From the NCBI GenBank assembly GCA_003171255.1, contig PMYK01000054.1, positions 121,229 to 185,228 of the forward strand: a stretch of 64,000 bases of DNA, in the 5' to 3' direction. Positions 44,888 to 53,777 of this stretch are shown in pieces. Made by a program: the position numbers and the translations under genes. The notes beneath the pieces were generated by a model. It was not told the origin of the DNA, did not search any database, and saw nothing but the letters and a program-made list of their open reading frames with translations. The stretch comes from Chloroflexota bacterium (GTDB lineage: Bacteria > Chloroflexota > Limnocylindria > Limnocylindrales > CSP1-4). How positions within the stretch are numbered: position 1 is the stretch's first letter; each line of letters opens with the position of its first letter.

Positions 44888-47476
44888 CTACGCCTCCGTG
44901 CGAGCCAGATGACGCTGCATGGCCGCCTTGCGCGAGAGGTTGATACGACCCTGGCGATCGATCTCGATCACCACGACCATGACCTCGTCGCCCACCGAGA
45001 CCACGTCCTCGACAGTCGGGACGTGATAGTCGGCCAGCTCGCCGATGCGGATCAGGCCTTCCTTGCCGGGGAGGATCTCGACGAAGCAGCCGAAACCCAT
45101 GATCCGGGTGACCTTGCCGAGATAGAGCCCGCCGACCTCGACCTCGCGAGTGAGCGACTCGATCCACTGGACGGCCTTGCGCGAGTTTTCGCCCGACACG
45201 GCCGCGATCTGGACGGTGCCGTCGTCCTCGACGTTGATCTCGGTGCCGGTCTCCTCCTGGATCTTGCGGATCACGGAGCCGCCCTTGCCGATGATGTCGC
45301 GGATCTTCTCCGGGTTGATCTTGATGGTGATAATGCGCGGCGCGAAGTTGCTCATCTCCGTGCGGCTCGTCGCGATGACCGCATCCATCTTGTCGAGGAT
45401 CGCCATCCGCGCCTCGTGGGCCTTCTGAAGGCCCTGGCGGATGATCGCCTCGCTGATGCCCTTGACCTTGATGTCCATCTGCAGCGCCGTGACGCCCTCT
45501 CGGGTGCCGGTCACCTTGAAGTCCATGTCGCCGAAGGCGTCTTCCTTGCCCAGGATGTCGGTCAGAACCACGAAACGGCCATCCGGCTCGGTGATGAGGC
45601 CCATCGCGGCGCCGCCGACGGCGGCCTTGATCGGCACGCCGGCGTCCATGAGGGCCAGGCTCGAGCCGCAGGTCGAAGCCATCGAGGTTGAGCCGTTGGA
45701 CGTGACGCACTCGGACACGAGGCGGATCACGTACGGGAACTCCTCCTCCGACGGCAGGACCGGCAGAAGAGCACGCTCCGCGAGGTGGCCGTGGCCGATC
45801 TCGCGGCGACCGGGGCCGCGCATCGGCTTGTTCTCGCCGGTGCTGTAGGGCGGCATGTTGTAGTGGTGGAGGTACCGCTTCTCGGTCTGTGGGCTGATCG
45901 TGTCGATCCGCTGGACGTCCGAGGAGGGGCCAAGAGTGGCGACTGTCAGAGCCTGAGTCTGGCCGCGGGTGAACAGGCCGGAGCCGTGGGCGCGCGGCAG
46001 AACGCCGACCTCGACGGAGATCTGGCGAAGCTCGTCGACGGCACGGCCGTCCATCCGGATGCCCTCGTCGAGGATGACCTTCCGGACGGTCTTCTTCTGA
46101 ACGAACTGGAAGAGGCTCTTGCTGACCCGGCCCTGGCGGCGGGCCGCCTCGAGCAGACCGGCCGGATCCTCGCCGTCCTTGCGGTTGGCGCGGATCGAGA
46201 TGGCAATCGCGTCCTGCAGGTTCTCGATGCGGTTCGGGAGGTCGCTCGCGAACTGGGCAACGATGCCGGCGGTGGTCTCGGCGTCGGCGAGGCCGCGGTG
46301 AACGGTCTCGACGGTGATGCCGAAGAAGCGGGCGACGTCGCCGAGCTTGTACGACTCGAGGTCCGGGTAGGCCTCGCGAGCGATCGCGAGAGTGTCGTAG
46401 TAGCCGCCTACGATGAACTTCCCGGTCTCGCCCAGGGCCTGGTCGAGGAAGCCGAGATCGAAGCCGATGTTGTGGCCAACGACAGGCGCTCCGCCGACGA
46501 AGGCGAGCAGCTTCTCGGCCGCTTCCTTCGCGATCGGGGCGCCGGCAACGTCGGCGTTGGTGATGCCGTGCATCTGGGCGCCGAAGATGTCGCGGCCCGG
46601 GCTGACGAAGGTGGAGAAGCGATCGACGACCTGGCCGTCGCGGATGCGGACGGCGCCGATCTCGATCAAGTCGGCGACCTTGGGGTCGCGGCCTGTCGTC
46701 TCGGTGTCGACGACGACGAGCTCGTAGCCGGGCTGGCTGACCTTCTTCACGAACTCCAGAACGGAGCCGATGCCGGGCTCGAGATACCCAACGGACTTGG
46801 GCTTGCCGGCGGCGGCGCGCATCTCATCCTGGATGTCGATGAGAGGCTGAAGGGCACGATGGCCGAACAGGATGGCGTCGGCCATGACGTCTTCGGGCAC
46901 GATCGAGGCGCCTGCCTCGACCATCATGATCGCGTCGCGCGTGCCGGAGACGATCAGGTCGATGTCCGAGCGCTCGAGGTCGCTGATCGTGGGATTGACC
47001 ACGAACTCGCCGTCGATGCGGCCGATGCGCACGGCGCCGATGGGGCCGAGGAACGGGATCGGGCTGATCGTCAGGGCGCACGAGGCGGCAAAAGTGCCGA
47101 GGACGTCAGTCTGGTTCTCCTGGTCCGTGGACAGGACCGTGATCACGATCTGGATGTCGTCCTTGTAGCCCTCAGGGAAGAGCGGCCGGATGGGTCGGTC
47201 GGTCAGCCGGCAGGCCAGGATGGCCTGCTCCGACGGGCGCGACTCGCGCTTGATGAAACCGCCCGGGATCTTCCCCGCGGCGTACATGCGCTCTTCGAAC
47301 TCGACCGTGAGCGGGAAGAAGTCAAGGCCGGGTCGGGGATCCGATCGGTTGGCTGTCCCGAGAACCATGGTGTCGCCGAAGCGAACTGTGACCGCGCCGC
47401 CCGCGAGCAGCGCCATCTTGCCGGTCTCGATGGTTAGAGTGCGGCCGGCGAATTGCGTCTCGAATGTCTGAGACAC
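44888..47476 (-). CDS. pnp: polynucleotide phosphorylase with inserted DEDDh 3'-5' exonuclease domain (862 aa)
   Basis: PH1 ('FFPLTVEFEERMYAAGKIPGGF'), PH2 ('RREIGHGHLAERAL', 'SNGSTSMASTCG'), KH ('IGKGGSVIRKI') and S1 ('GKVTRIMGFGCFVEI') are all present. Residues ~250-410 carry 'VVVDTETTG', 'GHNIGFDLGFL' and 'HRGLADAETT'. Confidence 0.9.
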   Translation of the reverse strand: MSQTFETQFAGRTLTIETGKMALLAGGAVTVRFGDTMVLGTANRSDPRPGLDFFPLTVEFEERMYAAGKIPGGFIKRESRPSEQAILACRLTDRPIRPLFPEGYKDDIQIVITVLSTDQENQTDVLGTFAASCALTISPIPFLGPIGAVRIGRIDGEFVVNPTISDLERSDIDLIVSGTRDAIMMVEAGASIVPEDVMADAILFGHRALQPLIDIQDEMRAAAGKPKSVGYLEPGIGSVLEFVKKVSQPGYELVVVDTETTGRDPKVADLIEIGAVRIRDGQVVDRFSTFVSPGRDIFGAQMHGITNADVAGAPIAKEAAEKLLAFVGGAPVVGHNIGFDLGFLDQALGETGKFIVGGYYDTLAIAREAYPDLESYKLGDVARFFGITVETVHRGLADAETTAGIVAQFASDLPNRIENLQDAIAISIRANRKDGEDPAGLLEAARRQGRVSKSLFQFVQKKTVRKVILDEGIRMDGRAVDELRQISVEVGVLPRAHGSGLFTRGQTQALTVATLGPSSDVQRIDTISPQTEKRYLHHYNMPPYSTGENKPMRGPGRREIGHGHLAERALLPVLPSEEEFPYVIRLVSECVTSNGSTSMASTCGSSLALMDAGVPIKAAVGGAAMGLITEPDGRFVVLTDILGKEDAFGDMDFKVTGTREGVTALQMDIKVKGISEAIIRQGLQKAHEARMAILDKMDAVIATSRTEMSNFAPRIITIKINPEKIRDIIGKGGSVIRKIQEETGTEINVEDDGTVQIAAVSGENSRKAVQWIESLTREVEVGGLYLGKVTRIMGFGCFVEILPGKEGLIRIGELADYHVPTVEDVVSVGDEVMVVVIEIDRQGRINLSRKAAMQRHLARTEA

Positions 47477-47517
47477 GGGTTTCTATTCCTCCTGAGCGTC
47501 GGAGGAAGAACGTGTCC
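47470..47517 (-). promoter_or_regulatory. pnp leader hairpin pairing the SD (AGGAGGAA) with TTCCTCC
   Basis: The minus strand reads AGGACACG-ttc-TTCCTCC-gacgctca-GGAGGAA-tagaaaccCGTGTCT. The outer and inner stems enclose the SD and the GTG start. Confidence 0.45.
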
Positions 47518-47554
47518 TCTTTCTCGCCTGGACTTGTCGCGCGCGGGGAATGCC

Positions 47555-47576
47555 TTCGCGAGGTCAACGCCTCGCG
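47555..47576 (-). terminator. rpsO-pnp intergenic hairpin (terminator / processing-site candidate)
   Basis: TCGCGAGG-6 nt-CCTCGCGA forms a perfect 8-bp stem 15 nt after the rpsO stop. There is no U tract. Confidence 0.4.
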
Positions 47577-47590
47577 ACGAGGTTGCAGCG

Positions 47591-47860
47591 CTAGCGACGC
47601 AGTCCGAGCCGTGCGATGACGGCGCGATAGCGAGCGTTGTCCTTCTTGATCAGGTACTTAAGAAGGCGGCGTCGCTCTCCGACGAGCTTGAGGAGGCCGC
47701 GGCGGGACTGATTATCCTTCGGGAAGCTACGGAGATGCTCCGTGAGCTCCTTGATCCTCTCGGTCAGGAGCGCAATCTGCACTTCCGCTGAGCCCGTGTC
47801 GCCATCCTTGACGGCGTACTCCGAGATCACCTGTTCCTTCGTCTCCCGCGCCAGCGGCAC
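47591..47860 (-). CDS. rpsO: 30S ribosomal protein S15
   Basis: '[24 protein letters not shown]....[23 protein letters not shown]' matches S15, and the 89-aa length is typical. Confidence 0.95.
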   Translation of the reverse strand: MPLARETKEQVISEYAVKDGDTGSAEVQIALLTERIKELTEHLRSFPKDNQSRRGLLKLVGERRRLLKYLIKKDNARYRAVIARLGLRR

Positions 47861-48040
47861 ACGATCCTCCGACTAGCTCTGTGTGACTGTGGTCTACCTA
47901 ACTCTCTAAATGCCTGGCGGATGGTAGCAGGCTTCGCCCGGCATTGCCAATTGAGCGGGGTCCGAGCCGCCGGTGCAACACCGTGGTGGCTACGTGACCA
48001 GCAGCTTCCTCGCCTCTGCCGAACTCGGGACGCCTCAGGT

Positions 48041-48067
48041 CGTAAACCGACCTCCGGTCGGTTTACG
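48041..48067 (-). terminator. perfect 11-bp hairpin overlapping the truB/ribF stop codon
   Basis: cgtaaaccgac-ctccg-gtcggtttacg has no U tract. It could be a terminator, or part of the rpsO leader. Confidence 0.35.
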
Positions 48068-49943
48068 CCCGCTCCAGCAGGACAGTGCGAATACGGTCGG
48101 CCGGCGGCAGATCGGACTGGCCCACTCTCACCGCACCGTCGACGATCGTCATGCGGGCTGCATGCGCCGCCGGCTGTGGTCGGTGCGCCAGGTCCCACGC
48201 CGGTCCCACCAGGACCGCATAGTCGCCGTCGGGCGGAAGACACACGGGCAGTTCGAAGGCAACTGGCTGCGTATCCATGGAGCCGGACACGCCGGCGACG
48301 TCTCCCGAGGCGGTGCGCCGGCCGGTGAAGCCGTGATTGCGTCCGAGCAGCTGCCTCGCCCCGACCAAGTCGCCGGTCGAGATCCGGCGGCGGATCTCGG
48401 AACTCCGGACCTGTTCGCTATTGGACAGGAATGACGAAACGATGGTGACCGAGAAGCCCTCGCGTGCACCGAGCGCGGCGAGCGTCTCCGGCGTTCCGCC
48501 CCGCTCGAAGCCGAAGGCGGCGTCGGGCGTCATTACGAACCCGGCCACGTCGACACGCCCACGGATCGCGGCAACGAACGCGTCGTAGGTGGTCACGCGC
48601 AGGGCGTGGTCGAAATGCTGGACCACCGCGACCTCGACGCCAGCGGCCTGCAGGCGAACGAGGCGTTCGTCCGGGTCGCACAGGAGCGGCGGCGCCAGGC
48701 CCTCGATCAGCTCCTCGGGATGGGCGTCGAAGGTGATGACCGCCGGCCGTGCCCCGGCGCGCTGGGCCGCTCGCCGAAGCTCACGCAGCAGGTACAGGTG
48801 GCCGCGATGGAGGCCGTCGAAGACTCCGACCGCGAGATAGAGCCGGCCCAGGTCGGGCTGAAGCTTGTCCAAGCCGGAGATCACGGTCATGCGGTTGCCC
48901 GGATCGACCACCTTGAGTCGGGGCTCCGTGGCTTCGTGCGTGCGCGCGTTGGCTTTGGCGGCAGCGCCATCGGCCCCACCCGCGGCACCGTCCGTGACGC
49001 CGCCCGCCACGGCACCCGGTGCGGCCACGAAAATCTTCTCGGGCGCCAGCCGGCCGCCCTTCCACGACCCGATCCCGACGAGCGACCCGTCCTCAGCAAG
49101 CAACCGGACTCGCGAGCCAGACTCAACCTGCGGTCGTTGCGCCGGCTTGACCTGCTGGCCACGAGACGCCGCTACGACCTCCTCACCCGTCAGCCGGGCT
49201 TCCGGAAACCCGTCGAGGCCGGCATCGATCGGCAGGAGCAGCCCGGCCAGGGCAGCGGGGCCCTCGGCGGCCGCCTTGCGGATCTCGTCGAGCGAGTGCG
49301 CGGCCGCCAGCCCAAACGGGCCGCTGGCACTTCGCACGAGCGCCCCGAGGTATGCGCCGCACCCAAGCCGTTCGCCGAGGTCACGGGCAAGGGATCGGAT
49401 GTAGGTTCCGGCGCCGCACTCGACCTCGAGGACGGCCGTGGGCCGTTCCGGATCGGTGTCATCCCACTCGACCAGATCCAGGCGCCGAATGACGACGGCA
49501 CGCGGCGCCAGCTCGGCCGGCGTCCCCTCGCGGGCGAGGTCGTAGGCACGCCTGCCCCCCACCTTGAGCGCGCTGTAGTCGGGCGGCCGCTGAAGGAGCG
49601 CCCCGCGGAAGGCCGGCAACGCCGCTTCCAGGGCCTCGCGAGTCGGTGCGGGGCCGGAGCCGGGCACGAGCTCGCCATCGCGATCGTCTGTGTCGGAGCT
49701 CGCGCCGAAACAGACCGTGGCCCGATAGGCCTTGTCGTCAGCCATGTGGTACTCGACCACTCGCGTGCCCAGACCCAGGAAGACCGGCAGCACTCCGGAC
49801 GCGAAAGGATCCAGCGTTCCGCCGTGACCGGCCCGACGCGTTCCGGTCAGGCGCCGGACCAGCGCCACCACGTCATGCGAGGTGAAGCCCGGGTCCTTGG
49901 CAACGACCAGAATGCCGTCCATGCCCCCACCTGAGTGCGCCAC
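48063..49943 (-). CDS. truB: fused tRNA pseudouridine-55 synthase TruB / FAD synthetase-riboflavin kinase RibF (626 aa single ORF)
   Basis: The N-terminal half has 'GILVVAKDPGFTSHDVV', 'GHGGTLDPFASGVL' and a PUA-like end '...LAPEKIF'. The C-terminal half has 'AVGVFDGLHRGHLYLL' and 'ITFDAHP'. No stop codon separates them. Confidence 0.8.
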   Translation of the reverse strand: MAHSGGGMDGILVVAKDPGFTSHDVVALVRRLTGTRRAGHGGTLDPFASGVLPVFLGLGTRVVEYHMADDKAYRATVCFGASSDTDDRDGELVPGSGPAPTREALEAALPAFRGALLQRPPDYSALKVGGRRAYDLAREGTPAELAPRAVVIRRLDLVEWDDTDPERPTAVLEVECGAGTYIRSLARDLGERLGCGAYLGALVRSASGPFGLAAAHSLDEIRKAAAEGPAALAGLLLPIDAGLDGFPEARLTGEEVVAASRGQQVKPAQRPQVESGSRVRLLAEDGSLVGIGSWKGGRLAPEKIFVAAPGAVAGGVTDGAAGGADGAAAKANARTHEATEPRLKVVDPGNRMTVISGLDKLQPDLGRLYLAVGVFDGLHRGHLYLLRELRRAAQRAGARPAVITFDAHPEELIEGLAPPLLCDPDERLVRLQAAGVEVAVVQHFDHALRVTTYDAFVAAIRGRVDVAGFVMTPDAAFGFERGGTPETLAALGAREGFSVTIVSSFLSNSEQVRSSEIRRRISTGDLVGARQLLGRNHGFTGRRTASGDVAGVSGSMDTQPVAFELPVCLPPDGDYAVLVGPAWDLAHRPQPAAHAARMTIVDGAVRVGQSDLPPADRIRTVLLERA

Positions 49944-49946
49944 GGG

Positions 49947-50987
49947 CTAGCGCTGGACCGCGGCCACGAGCGTGCCCGCCCGAGCCAGGACTACCTTGAG
50001 GGCCTCGGTCAGCGGCAGGGCCAGAGTGGCGCCGGCAGCGCGGGCATGTCCACCACCGCCAAACGTACCCGTCAGGACGGTCGCGTCCACTCCCCCATCG
50101 CGAGTCCGAACGCTGATTCGCGTAGTCCCGTCACCCTCGACTTGCTTGAACAGGATCGAAGCCTCGGACGTCTCCGACTGGGCCAGCATGTCCACGAGGC
50201 CCTCGGCCTCCGCGGCCCCGGCGCCACTCGCCGCCAGGTCGGCCAGCTCGAGAGTCGACCAGACCAGCCGGCCGTCGAGGTCGGATTCGAGCCGCGCCAG
50301 GACGCGCCCAAACAGCAACAGCTGTGTGTTCGGCTTTGATCGGTACAGCCGCCGCGAGATCTCGCTGAACGGCGCCCCGGCCTCCCTCAGCGCGGCCGCC
50401 ACGAGCAGCGTCCGCGGCGTCACGTTGGGGTGCTGGAAGTTGCCGGTATCCATCACGACGCCGCCGGCCAGGGCCGATGCGAGCATGCCCTCGAAAGCGG
50501 TAAGCGGAACGCCGAGACGCCAGGCTAGCAGCGTCACCATCTCGCAGGTGGCCGAACTGCGCGCGTCGATCCAATCCACCGACCCAAACCGCGGGTTCGA
50601 CAGGTGGTGGTCGATGTCGATTATCGGCACGCGCCGGAACAGGTCGCGGTGCGACTCCAGCACGGGTCCGATCCGTTCCAGTTCACCGCAGTCCACGACG
50701 ACGAGCAGGTCGTAGTCGATCGACGGGTCGGGTTCGCGACGGAAGCGGTCCATGCCCGGGAGGAACTCGTACATCGCCGGCATCGGGTCCGCGCAGACGG
50801 GCGTGGCCACTCCCCCACCCGCCTCGACGAGCAGGCTCACCGCCAGCGCCGATCCGAGCGCATCCGCCTCCGGGTTCTCGTGGCAGATCGTCAGGACCCG
50901 TTGGGCCGCTCGCAGCCGCTCGATCACCTCGGCGGGCACTGCGCTGGCGTATTCGGACAGGTCGACCCGCGGTCCGGAGTCGATCAC
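49947..50987 (-). CDS. nrnA: DHH/DHHA1 phosphoesterase (NrnA-like oligoribonuclease/pAp phosphatase)
   Basis: 'TICHENPEADALGS', 'VVDCG', 'IDIDHH' and 'GGGHARAAG' are present. Confidence 0.8.
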   Translation of the reverse strand: MIDSGPRVDLSEYASAVPAEVIERLRAAQRVLTICHENPEADALGSALAVSLLVEAGGGVATPVCADPMPAMYEFLPGMDRFRREPDPSIDYDLLVVVDCGELERIGPVLESHRDLFRRVPIIDIDHHLSNPRFGSVDWIDARSSATCEMVTLLAWRLGVPLTAFEGMLASALAGGVVMDTGNFQHPNVTPRTLLVAAALREAGAPFSEISRRLYRSKPNTQLLLFGRVLARLESDLDGRLVWSTLELADLAASGAGAAEAEGLVDMLAQSETSEASILFKQVEGDGTTRISVRTRDGGVDATVLTGTFGGGGHARAAGATLALPLTEALKVVLARAGTLVAAVQR

Positions 50988-51556
50988 TTCGGCCTCCGAC
51001 GCACTGCCGTCTTCTCAGAGCGGCCCTGCCCACCGTGCCCACCGTGGCCGCCGGGCCCGCGCCCGTGTTCGCCTCGCCGGACGCCGGTCCGAGGCTTCCG
51101 CGCCGGCTCTGCGGGTGGTATCGGCAGCGGATCTTCGAGCGTGTCGCCCTCGTGCGGCAGCCGGGGCACCGGTGTGGGCAGGGATTCACCCCGGGCGTCG
51201 ATGGCCTCCGGAGTCCGGCCGGCCTCGAGCTCGTTGATGATCTGGAGAACCCGCGTGCCCCGTTCGATCGAGTCGTCCAGGCGGACGTCCAGTTCAGGGA
51301 TGCGCCGCAGCCTGATCTTCGAGCCGAGCCCGCGCCGTATGAACGGCATCGCGCCTCGGAGCGCCATCAGCGTCTGCTTCCGCTCGGCCTCGGACCCGAT
51401 GATGCTCACCCAGACTCGGGCGCGCGAAAGATCCGGGGCCGTTTCGACGTTGGTGACCGTGACGAAGCCGATGCGCGGGTCCGTCACCTCGCGCTCCAGC
51501 GCCTGACCGATCTCCTGTCTCAGGAGCTCGTCGATCTTCTGGATTCTCTGTGTCAT
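50984..51556 (-). CDS. rbfA: ribosome-binding factor A with basic/Pro-rich C-terminal extension
   Basis: 'RIQKIDELLRQEIGQALEREVTDPRIGFVTVTNVETAPDLSRARVWVS' and 'RRIPELDVRLDDS' are present. Confidence 0.85.
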   Translation of the reverse strand: MTQRIQKIDELLRQEIGQALEREVTDPRIGFVTVTNVETAPDLSRARVWVSIIGSEAERKQTLMALRGAMPFIRRGLGSKIRLRRIPELDVRLDDSIERGTRVLQIINELEAGRTPEAIDARGESLPTPVPRLPHEGDTLEDPLPIPPAEPARKPRTGVRRGEHGRGPGGHGGHGGQGRSEKTAVRRRPK

Positions 51557-51575
51557 CGAGAAGCGCTACTCCGGC

Positions 51576-53489
51576 TCAACCGTTCGCCCGGCTCACCATT
51601 TGCTGGGTGAAGCACTCGATGATGTCGCCTTCGATGAGGTCGTTCGAGCCGGCCAAACCGATGCCGCATTCGAAGTTGGTGGCAACCTCGCGGACGTCGT
51701 CCCGGAAGCGGCGCAGCGACTCGATCTTGTCGGTGGTGATCACCTTGCCGCCGCGCCAGACGCGAACTCCGCCGGTGCGGACGATGCGTCCGTCCGTCAC
51801 GAAGCAGCCGGCGATGACCGCGACCTTGCCGACCTTGAAGATCTGGCGGACTTCCGCTCGACCCTCGATGGTTTCCACCTGCTCCGGCTCGAGCAAGCCG
51901 CGAAGGGCCGCTTGGATGTCGTCGGTGAGCTTGTAGATGATGTCGTAGCTTCGGACGTCGACCTTCTCCGACTCGGCCGCGCGACGAGCAGTGTCGGTAA
52001 CCTTGGTGTTGAACGCGACGACGATGGCGTCCGAGGCCGCGGCCAGCATGATGTCGTTGTCGGTGACGTCGCCGGCGCCCTCGTGGAGGACGTTGATCCG
52101 CATCTCGTCGGTCGAGAGCTGCTGCAGGGCGTGCGTGATCGCTCCGAGCGAGCCCGAGACGTCGGTCTTGAGGATGATCCGCAATTCCTTGGTCTGACCG
52201 GCCTGAATCTGCGCGTACAGATCCTCCAGCGTGGCGCGGCCACTCCCTTCCGAGCGGGCCGCGGAAGCGTTCTTGCGCTCCTCGACCATCGAGCGAGCGA
52301 TCTTCTCGTCGGCCACGACACGCAGGATGTCGCCCGCCTGAGGCACGTCCGCCAGGCCAAGGACCACGGCTGGACTGGACGGTCCAGCTTTGGTGATGCG
52401 CTTGCCGAGGGCGTTCTCGAGAGCCCTGACCTTGCCGTAGGTCTCGCCGACGACGATGACATCGCCGACGCGCAACGTGCCGGTCTGGACCAGCGCCGTC
52501 GCCACGGGGCCGCGGCCCTTGTCGAGCGCGGCTTCGACGATGGTGCCGATGGCGGGTCGCTTCGGGTTGGCCTTGAGGTCCTGGAGATCGGCCACCAGGT
52601 TGATCATCTCGAGCAGCTCGTCCAGGCCCAGGCGGGCCTTGGCCGACACGGCCACCATCGGGACGTCGCCGCCGTACTCCTCGACCAGGATGCCGGCCTC
52701 GGCCAGGCCGTTCTTGACGCGGTCCGGGTTCGCATCCGGCTTGTCGATCTTGTTGAGGGCGATGATGATCGGCACCTTCGCCGCGCGGGCATGGTCGATC
52801 GCCTCGAGCGTCTGCGGCATGACTCCGTCGTCGGCCGCCACCACCACGATGGCGATGTCAGTGACCTTCGCCCCTCGGGCGCGCATCGCGGTGAAGGCCT
52901 CGTGGCCAGGTGTGTCGAGGAAGACGATGTGGCGGCCGTCCTTGACGACCTCGCTCGCGCCGATGTGCTGGGTGATGCCGCCGCGCTCGCCGGCCGCGAC
53001 CTTGGTGGTGCGGATTGCGTCGAGCAGCGACGTCTTGCCGTGGTCGACGTGGCCCATGACGGTCACGATCGGCGCGCGCGGCAGCAGGAGCGACTCTTCG
53101 TCCTCCTCGTACAGCTGCTCCTTGGTCGCGGCGCTGACCGGGGCCGCTTCCGGCTGGGAGCCGTCGGCACTGACCGGGGCTCCAGGCGCCGCCGTTTCGG
53201 CGACCTCGTAGCCAAGCTCCTCAGCAACGAGGGACGCAGTCTCGCGATCGATGCCCTGGTTGATGTTGGCGAAGATGCCGCTCTTGATCAGCTCGCGGAT
53301 CACGTCGGCGGGGTTGACGCCGAGGAGGTCGGCGAGGTCCTTCACGGTGATGCTCGACGGAAGCTCGATTGCGCCGCGCTCATCGCGCTTCGGCAACAGC
53401 TGCCGCGCCGCCCGGGAGTCCACAGCGTCGCGGCGCACCGGCTTGCGAGGTCCACGACGGCCGCGCGTGCCGCTCCTACTCTTGGCCAC
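51576..53489 (-). CDS. infB: translation initiation factor IF-2
   Basis: G-domain motifs '[14 protein letters not shown]', 'DTPGHEAF' and 'NKID' are present, with the C-terminal '[12 protein letters not shown]'. The start codon is GTG. Confidence 0.95.
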   Translation of the reverse strand: MAKSRSGTRGRRGPRKPVRRDAVDSRAARQLLPKRDERGAIELPSSITVKDLADLLGVNPADVIRELIKSGIFANINQGIDRETASLVAEELGYEVAETAAPGAPVSADGSQPEAAPVSAATKEQLYEEDEESLLLPRAPIVTVMGHVDHGKTSLLDAIRTTKVAAGERGGITQHIGASEVVKDGRHIVFLDTPGHEAFTAMRARGAKVTDIAIVVVAADDGVMPQTLEAIDHARAAKVPIIIALNKIDKPDANPDRVKNGLAEAGILVEEYGGDVPMVAVSAKARLGLDELLEMINLVADLQDLKANPKRPAIGTIVEAALDKGRGPVATALVQTGTLRVGDVIVVGETYGKVRALENALGKRITKAGPSSPAVVLGLADVPQAGDILRVVADEKIARSMVEERKNASAARSEGSGRATLEDLYAQIQAGQTKELRIILKTDVSGSLGAITHALQQLSTDEMRINVLHEGAGDVTDNDIMLAAASDAIVVAFNTKVTDTARRAAESEKVDVRSYDIIYKLTDDIQAALRGLLEPEQVETIEGRAEVRQIFKVGKVAVIAGCFVTDGRIVRTGGVRVWRGGKVITTDKIESLRRFRDDVREVATNFECGIGLAGSNDLIEGDIIECFTQQMVSRANG

Positions 53490-53739
53490 GACTACCTCCT
53501 GATTCGATCCTGCTCGCCTCCCCTGTCAGCTCGGCCAGGAGTTCGGCCGGGATCGGCACTTCCAGCGCTCGCTGGAGCGATCCTTTGTCGAGCGCCGCGG
53601 ACCGGCACTCCTGTTTGTCGCAAATGTACGCTCCCCGGCCGGGCATCTTGCCGGTCGGGTCGACCGCTATTCGGCCGTCAGGCGTCCGGACGATCCGGAG
53701 CAGCTCACGCTTCTGCCGCGCCGTCCGACAGACGACGCA
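53476..53739 (-). CDS. ylxR: YlxR/DUF448-family RNA-binding protein (start codon unresolved)
   Basis: It reads 'CVVCRTARQKRELLRIVRTPDGRIAVDPTGKMPGRGAYIC' and lies between nusA and infB as usual. No ATG/GTG/TTG/CTG is in frame between the upstream TAA and the CxxC motif. The 5' coordinate is given at the first Cys codon. Confidence 0.55.
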   Translation of the reverse strand, partial: CVVCRTARQKRELLRIVRTPDGRIAVDPTGKMPGRGAYICDKQECRSAALDKGSLQRALEVPIPAELLAELTGEASRIESGGSRGQE

Positions 53740-53777
53740 TGACCTGGTCGGATACCGCCGCGCCGGCGCGCCCCGGA

